Part shown: piece by piece, positions 17,826 through 25,639 of the stretch | How the letters are laid out: each line of letters starts with the position of its first letter | How positions within the stretch are numbered: the first letter of the stretch is position 1 | From: Aeropyrum pernix K1 | GTDB taxonomy: Archaea; Thermoproteota; Thermoprotei_A; Sulfolobales; Acidilobaceae | Direction of reading: 5' to 3' | NCBI RefSeq assembly: GCF_000011125.1 | Contig: NC_000854.2 | Location: forward strand, 930,001-962,000 | Length of the DNA: 32,000 nucleotides | Program-made: the position numbers and the translations under genes | The notes under the pieces: model-generated | Databases searched by the model: none | What the model was told of the DNA's origin: nothing | What the model saw: the letters and a program-made list of their open reading frames with translations, nothing else

Positions 17826-18806
17826 CTACAACACCCCCGCGAGTCTAAGGCTCTTTAGAGGCGCCTCCGGGCTCTCCCCCACCTCCTCTATGTATATCCT
17901 CCTGATCTCCTCGACAACACTCCTGGGCAGCTGGAGGGTGCTCTCCGGCGAAACGTACTCCACAAGCCTCTCCCTGCTCCTAGCTATGAGTACTACCGAG
18001 TCGACGGGCGCGCTGGAGAGTATGAAGGCTATGGCCTTCTGCCCCGGGGTGCCCGGGAGGCCCTCGAGGAGGGGCTTCATTCTCCCGTAGACCCTGAAGG
18101 CCCACCTATACCACCCCCGGCGCCTCAGGCTCCTATGGTCGCTAAGCTTCTCAGCCTCGCTAGGCGTTATGCTCTCGTCTAGCACTCCTCCAGCGTGAGG
18201 TACCCTGGCTACAGCGGCTACCCCCCTCTCTCTGGCCCACGCCGCTATCGTGTAGCCGGGCTCCTGCTCAAGCATGTTGTAGACGAACTGGACTGCCTCG
18301 ACCTCGCTGTGGGACACCGCCTCGAGGGCCTCCTCTGCAACGTCAGTCTCGGGGCCTAGGGCTATGCCTCCCATGCCTATGAGCCCCTCCCTCCTGGCCC
18401 AGGAGAGGAAGCGGTAGATCTCGCCACCCCTGAGGACCTCCAGGGGGGGATTGTGTATGTAGAGGAGGTCTACACTCTCCACCCCCAGCCTCTCGAGGCT
18501 CCTCCGGAGCGCCTTTTCAAGGTACTCCCTATCATACCGCCTAACAGGCCTGCCCCCGCTGTAGAAATCGTACCCCACCTTCGTAGCAACGAAGACGCCT
18601 CTCCCCCCTGGAAACGCCTCCCCTAGCAGGCGCTCCCCCAGCCCGTTACCATAGACGTCGGCCGTGTCGAAGTGCTCCACCCCGAGGCTCCTCGCAAACC
18701 TTAGAATGGCGAGGGCTTCACCCGGCTCGACGCTTCCATACATGCCTGTCAGGCTGTAGACTCCATAAGCCAGCTTAGACGCCGGCATCTTGGTAGACCT
18801 GCTCAA
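17826..18806 (-). CDS. Aldo/keto reductase family protein
   Basis: EHFDTADVYGNGLGERLLGEAF, VFVATKVG, LEKALRRSLERLGVESVDLLYIHNPP, VQFVYNMLEQ, PGQKAIAFILSSAPVDSVVLIA. Confidence 0.92.
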   Translation of the reverse strand: MSRSTKMPASKLAYGVYSLTGMYGSVEPGEALAILRFARSLGVEHFDTADVYGNGLGERLLGEAFPGGRGVFVATKVGYDFYSGGRPVRRYDREYLEKALRRSLERLGVESVDLLYIHNPPLEVLRGGEIYRFLSWARREGLIGMGGIALGPETDVAEEALEAVSHSEVEAVQFVYNMLEQEPGYTIAAWARERGVAAVARVPHAGGVLDESITPSEAEKLSDHRSLRRRGWYRWAFRVYGRMKPLLEGLPGTPGQKAIAFILSSAPVDSVVLIARSRERLVEYVSPESTLQLPRSVVEEIRRIYIEEVGESPEAPLKSLRLAGVL

Positions 18807-18845
18807 CAGGCTACTCCCCGGTATTGAAGGTGCTCTAGCACAGGC

Positions 18846-18886
18846 TGTTTAGCACCTGTAAGTATCTGCATTAACACCGCTAAACA
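18846..18886. promoter_or_regulatory. Spaced inverted repeat TGTTTAGC (18846-18853) ... GCTAAACA (18879-18886)
   Basis: Eight-bp perfect arms, 25-nt spacer, in the divergent intergenic region between the aldo/keto reductase and the RHH regulator. Confidence 0.35.
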
Positions 18887-19094
18887 ACCGCCCCAGGAGG
18901 GGGCAGCTTGTATATAGGGTGTTAGGGGTTGGGAGGGGCGGCTTGTTTCCACTTGAAGTTAACTCCCACAGCTCCAGAGGAAGGATTAGATGCTATCTTG
19001 TCAATCGCAAAACACCCGGTATTACTGGCGTATAGCAGCCCGAGATTCCCCTAAAACTTCGGGACTCCTTACATCTCCACGGTGAAGCGCCGGG

Positions 19095-19331
19095 ATGAGG
19101 CTCGTAACAGTAAAGATGCCCGAGATGTATGTCAAGGGTATCGACGAGCTAGTCAGAGCCGGGAGATACAGCAGCCGGAGTGAAGTGATCAGGATAGCAG
19201 TTAGGGAGCTGCTCAAGAGGGAGTTATGGGGGACGGCTGCTCCAACAGTAGGCATACCCCTCGCCCGGGTCGGGCTGGAGCCCCTGGGAGCGGGGATAGA
19301 AGAAGAGTCGCTCCAGCAACCCGAGTTTTAG
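19095..19331 (+). CDS. Ribbon-helix-helix (CopG/ParD-like) transcriptional regulator
   Basis: MRLVTVKMPEMYVKGIDELVRAGRYSSRSEVIRIAVRELLKREL is a standard N-terminal RHH domain. Confidence 0.88.
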   Translation: MRLVTVKMPEMYVKGIDELVRAGRYSSRSEVIRIAVRELLKRELWGTAAPTVGIPLARVGLEPLGAGIEEESLQQPEF

Positions 19332-19481
19332 CCTTCCCGGGGCCGCACCTCAGTCCTGGGGGCCCGGAGCCTTAGGGCGGGCCTCTGCGACTTCATAACA
19401 CCACATTCTGCCTAGCATGGAACGATGCCGGAGAAAACCCCCTTTTCTCTCCTCGAGGAAAGCTGTTTCAAGACAGGTAGC

Positions 19482-20468
19482 CTACCTTATGTAGCCGGGC
19501 TTCAAGTCTTCGAGGCTGAATATGGCCATGGCGTCCCTCGGCCTACACTTGGCTTTGGCCTCCTCCAGAACCATGTTTATCCTCTCCTTGCTCGTCGCGT
19601 GGACCATGAAGTAGCATATGTGCCTCCAAGCGCCCGGCGGGTAGCTCTCCCTGAGGACAACGTGGGTGCTGTACGGCAACTCGGCCGCCCTAACGCAAGT
19701 CTCCTCGCCACCCCCCTCAGGCTCCATAACAACCATAGCATTCTCGGTGAACCCTGCCTTGTGACCGTCAAGGGCCAGGCCCGGGTCCATCAGAACGCCC
19801 TTGTCGAGCAGGAGCTTAACCTGGCTGAGGACCTCGTCCACACTAATACCGAGCCTCTCAGCCGCGTGTGAGTAGGGATTAAGGTTGAGATGTAGCACCC
19901 TCACCAGCCTCGGGAGCAGGGGGTCTACCCCGAGGTCCTCAAGCTTTGGCGGCTTCTCCTCCACCCGCCAATACCGGCCGCTCCTCGATATACCCTCCCT
20001 CAGGTCGTACTTGACGCTAAGCTTGTACGTCTTCCTGCTGAAGAGTGCTATCCAATCCTTGACATCCACCTTTCTGGCGGCCTCGTCAACCGCTCTGAGA
20101 AGCTCCTCCCTGGTGGGCCTCTTGATCACTATCCAAACATTGTAGACGGGGTGGTTCCTCAGGTAGTTGTGGGTGACATCCGGGTCTCCGCGGAAGAGGT
20201 TAGCGAGCTCTCTGTACCTTTCTCCAGCGGCGAAGGCGACTAGCGCGGCGGTCTTGCCCTGGGCGCGGTAGTTATAGTAGAAGCCGATTCTCTTAACTAT
20301 CCCCGCCTTGGCAAGCTCCTTCAGCCTCTCCACAGCCTTCTCCGGGCTGAGTCCCACGCTCCTGGCCGCGTCTCCTATAGGGTCTGGGGTTAGCTGGAAG
20401 TTGTACTGGAGCTCCATAAGAAGGTCTATATCCTTTTCGCTGAGAAGCTGGGCCATGCCTGAAGCCAT
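19482..20468 (-). CDS. Tandem AhbA/AhbB-like (siroheme decarboxylase-type, Lrp/AsnC-like) protein
   Basis: 328 aa with two similar HTH + AsnC-like halves: LSPEKAVERLKELAKAGIVKRIGFYYNYRAQG...VTHNYLRNHPVYNVWIVI and LGISVDEVLSQVKLLLDKGVLMDPGLALDGHKAGFTENAMVVM...STHVVLRESYPPGAWRHICYFMVHATSKE. Confidence 0.82.
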   Translation of the reverse strand: MASGMAQLLSEKDIDLLMELQYNFQLTPDPIGDAARSVGLSPEKAVERLKELAKAGIVKRIGFYYNYRAQGKTAALVAFAAGERYRELANLFRGDPDVTHNYLRNHPVYNVWIVIKRPTREELLRAVDEAARKVDVKDWIALFSRKTYKLSVKYDLREGISRSGRYWRVEEKPPKLEDLGVDPLLPRLVRVLHLNLNPYSHAAERLGISVDEVLSQVKLLLDKGVLMDPGLALDGHKAGFTENAMVVMEPEGGGEETCVRAAELPYSTHVVLRESYPPGAWRHICYFMVHATSKERINMVLEEAKAKCRPRDAMAIFSLEDLKPGYIR

Positions 20469-20558
20469 GACTTAGCAGCCCATATCCGAGGCTGTTGCCG
20501 CGGCGGCCTGTTAAGCCTATGTACGTATCGGTTGAGCCCTAGTATAGCGCCGCCTAGA

Positions 20559-21794
20559 TCAGTCTATGACGAACTTGTAACCCATGTCTCTGAGGTCCTC
20601 TAGAAGCTCGAAGAGGAGCATGCGCTCTGGCACTTCGAGCACGATTGTAACCCTCGCCATACCAGGGCTTATCCTGGGGTGGAGCCTGTCATGTATAATG
20701 TCTACAACATTGCACCTCTTCTCCGCTATCACCTCCAGAACCTTGTATAGCTGGCCCGGGATGTCGGGTATCACACCCGTTATCCTAGCTATCCTACCCT
20801 CCCTGGCGAGGCCAACCAGTATAACCTTCTCTATGCTTGTAAGGTCCGCGTTCCCCCCGCTAACTATTACAAGGGTCTTACCCTTGGGCTTCACCACCCT
20901 GGCAAGAAGGGCTGCCACGCCCGCGGCTCCGGCACCCTCAGCCAGAATCTTAGACCTCTCGAGGAGGAGGTACATGGCGCTCGCTATCTCATGCTCGTCC
21001 ACAGCCACAACCTTGTCGACAAGATGCTTCACTATGGGGTAGGTGAGCCTACCCGGCTTCTTGGTCACAAGCCCGTCGGCCAGGCTATGGGTGACTTCAA
21101 CCTCTATCGGCTTCCCCTCCTTGAAGCTCTCTACGAACTTGGGCGCAGCCTCCGCCTCAACACCTATGACCTTGACGCCGGGCATCAGCTTCCGCACAAC
21201 CGAGACTACACCAGAGATCAAACCGCCCCCGCCTACAGGCACTATCACCGTGTCGAACTTACCCCCCTGCTCGTAGGCCTCCCACGCTATAGTCCCGTTT
21301 CCAGCCATTATCTCGGGATCGTCGAAGGGGTGGACAAGCATGTATCCCCTCTCCTCCGCTATCTTCTCGGCGAGCTTAAACGCCTCGTCCACAACCCGGC
21401 CGTGCAGCACTACCTCAGCCCCGTACGACCTGGTAGCCTTAACCTTGGCTGGCGGGGCCAGCTCGGGCATGACTATAACGCTCTTGAGCCCGTAGAAGCT
21501 AGCGGCGTACGCAACACCCTGGGCATGGTTCCCGGCTGAGGCGGCGACCACTCCCTCCACACTGCCCTTCTCCAGCGCCCTGCCCAGCTTGAAAAGAGGT
21601 CCTCTCACCTTGAAGCTCCCGGTCTTCTGGAGGTTCTCGAGCTTCAGGTAAACCTCAGCCCCAGTTATCCTCGAGAGGGTGGTGCTCTTGTCTAGGGGTG
21701 TTACGTGGGCACCCCTGGCTACGTAGCCTCTGGCCTCAGAGCTGAGTCTAAATATCTCGTCCGCCAGCCTGAGAGCCTCTACTTCCTCCGACAA
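20559..21794 (-). CDS. ilvA: Threonine dehydratase with C-terminal ACT domain
   Basis: YLKLENLQKTGSFKVRGP, ASAGNHAQGVAYAAS, VPVGGGGLISG, ILAEGAGAAGVAALL, ITGVIPDIPGQLYKVLEVIAEKRCNVVDI. Confidence 0.94.
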   Translation of the reverse strand: MSEEVEALRLADEIFRLSSEARGYVARGAHVTPLDKSTTLSRITGAEVYLKLENLQKTGSFKVRGPLFKLGRALEKGSVEGVVAASAGNHAQGVAYAASFYGLKSVIVMPELAPPAKVKATRSYGAEVVLHGRVVDEAFKLAEKIAEERGYMLVHPFDDPEIMAGNGTIAWEAYEQGGKFDTVIVPVGGGGLISGVVSVVRKLMPGVKVIGVEAEAAPKFVESFKEGKPIEVEVTHSLADGLVTKKPGRLTYPIVKHLVDKVVAVDEHEIASAMYLLLERSKILAEGAGAAGVAALLARVVKPKGKTLVIVSGGNADLTSIEKVILVGLAREGRIARITGVIPDIPGQLYKVLEVIAEKRCNVVDIIHDRLHPRISPGMARVTIVLEVPERMLLFELLEDLRDMGYKFVID

Positions 21795-22180
21795 GTGTAC
21801 AGCACCGCTTCAACCTCGAGAGGGGCGCCGAGGGGAAGAGCCGCGACCCCCACTACAGCTCTAGCTGGATACGGCCTGTTAAAATATTCCCTATAGACCT
21901 CGTTAAACTCGGAGAACCTGCTAATGTCGGTTATGTATACCGTTACCTTGACGATATCGTCCATACTATACCCGGCCCCCTCAACTATAGCCTTGAGATT
22001 GTCGAGAGCCCTCTTTGCGGACTCTTTAAAACCGCCCTCTTCTAGAGCACCGGTCTCCGGGTTTATCGGTATCTGGCCGGAGACAAACATGAAACAGCCC
22101 GACTCGACAGCCTGGCTGTATGGTCCCACAGGCTTTGGAGCCGTCTCCACAAATACCTCTCTCTTAACCTCGCCCGACAA
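21779..22180 (-). CDS. ridA: RidA/YjgF/TdcF family enamine/imine deaminase
   Basis: PKPVGPYSQAVESGCFMFVSGQIPINPETG, KVTVYITDISRFSEFNEVYREYF, ARAVVGVAALPLGAPLEVEAVLY; overlaps the dehydratase start by 16 bp. Start chosen at TTG 22180; upstream TTG 22213 also possible. Confidence 0.93.
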   Translation of the reverse strand: MSGEVKREVFVETAPKPVGPYSQAVESGCFMFVSGQIPINPETGALEEGGFKESAKRALDNLKAIVEGAGYSMDDIVKVTVYITDISRFSEFNEVYREYFNRPYPARAVVGVAALPLGAPLEVEAVLYTCRRK

Positions 22181-22458
22181 CCCCCAGGACCCTAGTGTTG
22201 ATAATAGATACAAAGCATTTTTAAATAAAGGCCATTAGATATATGGAGGTATTGAAAATGCTCCACTGATTAACTCTTAAGTTAACCCCCACAGTATTCT
22301 TTCAAAATACGATATTACGTTTAACGATCATGCATTGAATTGATCCTGACAGTTTAGCTCGAGACCAGGTTGTCCTTTTCTGCCGCGGCTTCCGGCTCGA
22401 AGGGATTCGTGTAAAGCTTATTGTGCCCTTCCCTCTACTAAAGAACGTTTAGGATAAG

Positions 22459-23004
22459 GTGTTGGTGCAGGGTTTCGAGGAGGATCTGGCGTTTCTAGGG
22501 TGGATAGCGTTGACTCTCGGCTCAAACCCACTAGTCCCCTATGTGCCTACGAGGCCCGAGCTCATACCAAAGATCCTCGAGCTCCTTGATCTGAAGGAGG
22601 ACGATGTCTTCTACGACCTAGGCTGTGGTGATGGCAGGGTCGTCATAGAGGCTGTTAAGAAGACAAGGGTGAAAAAGGCTGTCTGCGTCGAGACTAGGGA
22701 CGACCTGGTGAAGGAGGCTAGGAAGAAGGCTGAGGAGGAGGGTGTCTCGGATAGGATTGAGTTCATTAATAACGACTTTTTCAAGACCCCTCTGAAGGAT
22801 GCTACGGCGGTTTACATGTATCTCCTCACCAGCGTCAACGAGAGCCTCAAGCCGAAGCTTGCGCGCGAGCTACGGGATGGAACGAGGATCGTTACACTAG
22901 ACTTCCCCATACCCGGGTGGAAGCCGGTTAAGGTTGAGACCGCCACTACGGGGTGGCAGAGGAGCCTATACCTCTATGTTAAGGGTGTCTCCGACAGGGC
23001 ATAG
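22459..23004 (+). CDS. SAM-dependent methyltransferase, aKMT (archaeal protein-lysine methyltransferase)-like
   Basis: PYVPTRPELIPKILELLDLKEDDVFYDLGCGDGRVVIEAVKK, YMYLLTSVNESLKPKLARELRDGTRIVTLDFPIPGWKPVKVE. Confidence 0.8.
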   Translation: MLVQGFEEDLAFLGWIALTLGSNPLVPYVPTRPELIPKILELLDLKEDDVFYDLGCGDGRVVIEAVKKTRVKKAVCVETRDDLVKEARKKAEEEGVSDRIEFINNDFFKTPLKDATAVYMYLLTSVNESLKPKLARELRDGTRIVTLDFPIPGWKPVKVETATTGWQRSLYLYVKGVSDRA

Positions 23005-23060
23005 AGACGTTCCATTCCTAGCGCTTTTAACCTCGAAGCTATACAGTCTCCCCTATTAGG

Positions 23061-23816
23061 GTGTATAGCTTGGTCGACAGAGTCAAGACAGGCATTCCCG
23101 GGATGGATGATATCTTGTACGGGGGGATACCCCGTAGGAACGTTGTGCTGCTGAGCGGAGGACCTGGCACCGGGAAGTCTATATTCTCGTACCAGTACCT
23201 CTGGAACGGGCTTAGGGAGGGAGAGCCCGGCGTCTTCGTCGCCCTGGAGGAGCACCCGGTCCAGGTCAGGATTAACATGGCGCAGTTCGGATGGGATGTT
23301 AGGGAGTATGAGAGGCAGGGCCTCTTCGCCGTTGTCGACGCGTTCACAAGCGGGATAGGAGAGGCTGCTAAGAAGGAGAGGTATGTTGTTACCGACCCCG
23401 AGGACGTTGGGCTTCTTATAGATGTCCTGAAGGAGGCTATAAGGGATGTCGGGGCCAAGAGGGTTGCTGTGGACAGCGTCTCAACACTCTACCTCGCTAA
23501 ACCGGTTCTGGCTAGGAGAACTGTGATGCTCCTGAAGCGGGTGTTGTCCGGTCTAGGCACTACTAGCATACTGGTGAGCCAGGTCTCCGTGACGGAGAGG
23601 GGTTTCGGGGGGCCTGGTGTCGAGCACGCTGCCGACGGCATAATCAGGCTCGACCTCGACGAGGTTGACGGGGAGCTTGTGAGAAGCCTTATTATTTGGA
23701 AGATGAGGGGGACGAAGCACAGCATGAGGCGCCACCCCTTCGAGATCACTGATAAAGGGATAATAGTTTATCCCGACAAGGTCGTGAGGATCGGCCGCCG
23801 GGTATCTATAGAGTAG
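23061..23816 (+). CDS. Single-domain KaiC-like/RecA-superfamily ATPase
   Basis: [44 protein letters not shown] (Walker A), [22 protein letters not shown] (Walker B-like), [11 protein letters not shown]. Confidence 0.9.
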   Translation: MYSLVDRVKTGIPGMDDILYGGIPRRNVVLLSGGPGTGKSIFSYQYLWNGLREGEPGVFVALEEHPVQVRINMAQFGWDVREYERQGLFAVVDAFTSGIGEAAKKERYVVTDPEDVGLLIDVLKEAIRDVGAKRVAVDSVSTLYLAKPVLARRTVMLLKRVLSGLGTTSILVSQVSVTERGFGGPGVEHAADGIIRLDLDEVDGELVRSLIIWKMRGTKHSMRRHPFEITDKGIIVYPDKVVRIGRRVSIE

Positions 23817-25151
23817 ATGCCGGGAGTGCCCTATAGGGTGGACTCCGTCTTGGCAGGGAATTCTGGCCACACTATCGACACTCTGCTCCTCACCTTCGAC
23901 GACGTAGCCATACTACCCGGTCTGAGCACAGTGGAGCCTCACGACGTGGAGCTCTCCAGCAGGGTGAGTAGGAGCATATTCGTGAGCACACCCCTCGTCT
24001 CCAGCCCTATGGATACCGTGACGGAGTGGAGAATGGCCGCCGCCCTTGCGAGGCTTGGAGCCGTGGGGGTAATACACAGGAACATGCCGCGGGAGGAGCA
24101 GGCAAGGCATGTAAGCATGGTTAAGAGCGTTTCTCCATCGCCTTGGAGCGAGGTGCCCAGGATTAGGCTGCCAGACGGGCTGGAGAACTACTCCCTGATC
24201 CTGGAGGAGCTTGACGCTGGAGCAGCCGTAGTTTTCGGCGACGACGGTATAAAGGGGTATCTAGTACTCGAAAGGCCCGACGCCCAGCTGTGGCTAGAGA
24301 AGGCGAGGTATCTCAGCCTCTACCTGACGAGGATTAGGCCCTTCCCCACGATAGATGGTGAGGGAAGGCTCGTGGTGGGAGCCGCTGTCAGCCCCTTCGA
24401 CCTTGACAGGGCGAGGCTTCTTGAAAAGAGTGGCGCGGACTTTCTAGTCATCGATGTGGCCCACCTCCACAACAGAAACGCTCTCTCAAGCCTTTCCAGG
24501 CTCGTGAAGGAGGTGTCCATCGATGTCGTCGCCGGGAATCTAGGCACCAGGGAAGGGGTTCTGGACACTCTAGCCAGGGCCGAGGAGGTGGCTGGCCTGA
24601 GGATGGGTATATCCAGCGGCAGTATATGCAGCACAGGCGAGGTTGCTGGCGCTGCAGTACCTACCCTGACTGCGGTTATGAACGCGGTCTTAGCCCTAGA
24701 GGAACTGGGCCTCGCCGGGAGGATACCCATAATCGCTGACGGGGGGGTGAGGAATGCTGGCGACGCCGCGAAGGCGATAATAGCGGGGGCCTCTGCCGTC
24801 ATGGGGGGCAGGCTCTTCGCGGGAGCCGACGAGAGCCCGGGCCCCAGGATAAGGGTTGGCGACAAGCTTTACAAGCCCTACCGCGGCATGGCGAGTAGAG
24901 GGGCTATGGAGAGGAGGTTCGCCGTAGACCGTTACTCGAGGCAGGCAAAGGCGGTTGAGGAGGGTGTGGAGGGGCTAGTGCCTTACACAGGCCCAGTTGT
25001 CAAGACGCTCTACGAGCTGGCGGAGGGGCTGAAGGCGGCGCTCGGCTATGCAGGTGCCCAGGACGTGACCTCGGCCTGGAAGGCCAAGCTAGCCAGGGTC
25101 ACGCCGACGGGCTCCAGGGAGATTAGGCCTCACGACATACTCCTAGGGTGA
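23817..25151 (+). CDS. guaB: IMP dehydrogenase-like protein with reduced CBS insert
   Basis: LTFDDVAILPG, VSSPMDTVTEWRMAAALARLGAVGVIHRNM, RMGISSGSICSTGEVAGAAVP catalytic-Cys loop, PIIADGGVRNAGDAAKAIIAGASAVMGG, YKPYRGMASRGAM, EGVEGLVPYTGPV. Confidence 0.85.
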   Translation: MPGVPYRVDSVLAGNSGHTIDTLLLTFDDVAILPGLSTVEPHDVELSSRVSRSIFVSTPLVSSPMDTVTEWRMAAALARLGAVGVIHRNMPREEQARHVSMVKSVSPSPWSEVPRIRLPDGLENYSLILEELDAGAAVVFGDDGIKGYLVLERPDAQLWLEKARYLSLYLTRIRPFPTIDGEGRLVVGAAVSPFDLDRARLLEKSGADFLVIDVAHLHNRNALSSLSRLVKEVSIDVVAGNLGTREGVLDTLARAEEVAGLRMGISSGSICSTGEVAGAAVPTLTAVMNAVLALEELGLAGRIPIIADGGVRNAGDAAKAIIAGASAVMGGRLFAGADESPGPRIRVGDKLYKPYRGMASRGAMERRFAVDRYSRQAKAVEEGVEGLVPYTGPVVKTLYELAEGLKAALGYAGAQDVTSAWKAKLARVTPTGSREIRPHDILLG

Positions 25152-25633
25152 CGAGGCGAGGGGTGGCTCTAGTGGCTCGAAGGCTCCCCTCATCCCCTGG
25201 TAGGGTCTATGCGGTTAAGATCGATGAGGGCGAGGACGTCCACAGCGTCCTATCCAGCCTGGCGGAGGCTGAGGACCTGGGCTTCGCTATGGTAACAGGT
25301 ATTGGGGGTATGGCGGAGGCGACTGTCGCCTTCTACAGCCCTCCCGAGGCTACGTACTATACTGTAGACGTTAAACCTCCCGAGGGGAGGGTGATTGAGG
25401 TTGCAGCCATGACCGGGAACATAGTCAAGACATCGCAGGGGTACAGCGTTCACATCCACGTGGCCCTAGGCGTCTCCCCGGGGAAGAGCATATCCGGCCA
25501 TCTCGTTAAAGGTGTCGTCAAGCCTTTCATGGAGGTTTTCGTTGTAGAGCTTGTTTCTGGACAGGGCACCCCAGGCACAAGCGTGTTCGACCATAGAGAG
25601 GGGTTCAAAGCCTCGTACAAGAGGCTCGAGTAG
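25148..25633 (+). CDS. PPC/DUF296 (AHL-like) domain protein
   Basis: GEDVHSVLSSLAEAEDLGFAMVTGIGGMAEATVAFY and HIHVALGVSPGKSISGHLVKGVVKPFMEVFVVEL; 4-bp overlap with the preceding gene. Confidence 0.88.
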   Translation: MTRRGVALVARRLPSSPGRVYAVKIDEGEDVHSVLSSLAEAEDLGFAMVTGIGGMAEATVAFYSPPEATYYTVDVKPPEGRVIEVAAMTGNIVKTSQGYSVHIHVALGVSPGKSISGHLVKGVVKPFMEVFVVELVSGQGTPGTSVFDHREGFKASYKRLE

Positions 25634-25639
25634 ACACTA

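Noticed and set aside
19440-19475. GAGGAAAGCTG sequence reminiscent of the conserved RNase P RNA start
   Set aside because: Only a short match; the rest of the RNase P RNA core is absent, and the gap to the flanking genes is too short.
19425-19871. 148-aa plus-strand ORF opposite the Ahb-like C-terminus
   Set aside because: Antisense shadow, no recognisable domain, and a strong sense-strand gene.
24320-24865. 181-aa minus-strand ORF within the IMPDH-like gene
   Set aside because: Shadow ORF; the sense strand contains IMPDH-family motifs throughout this interval.
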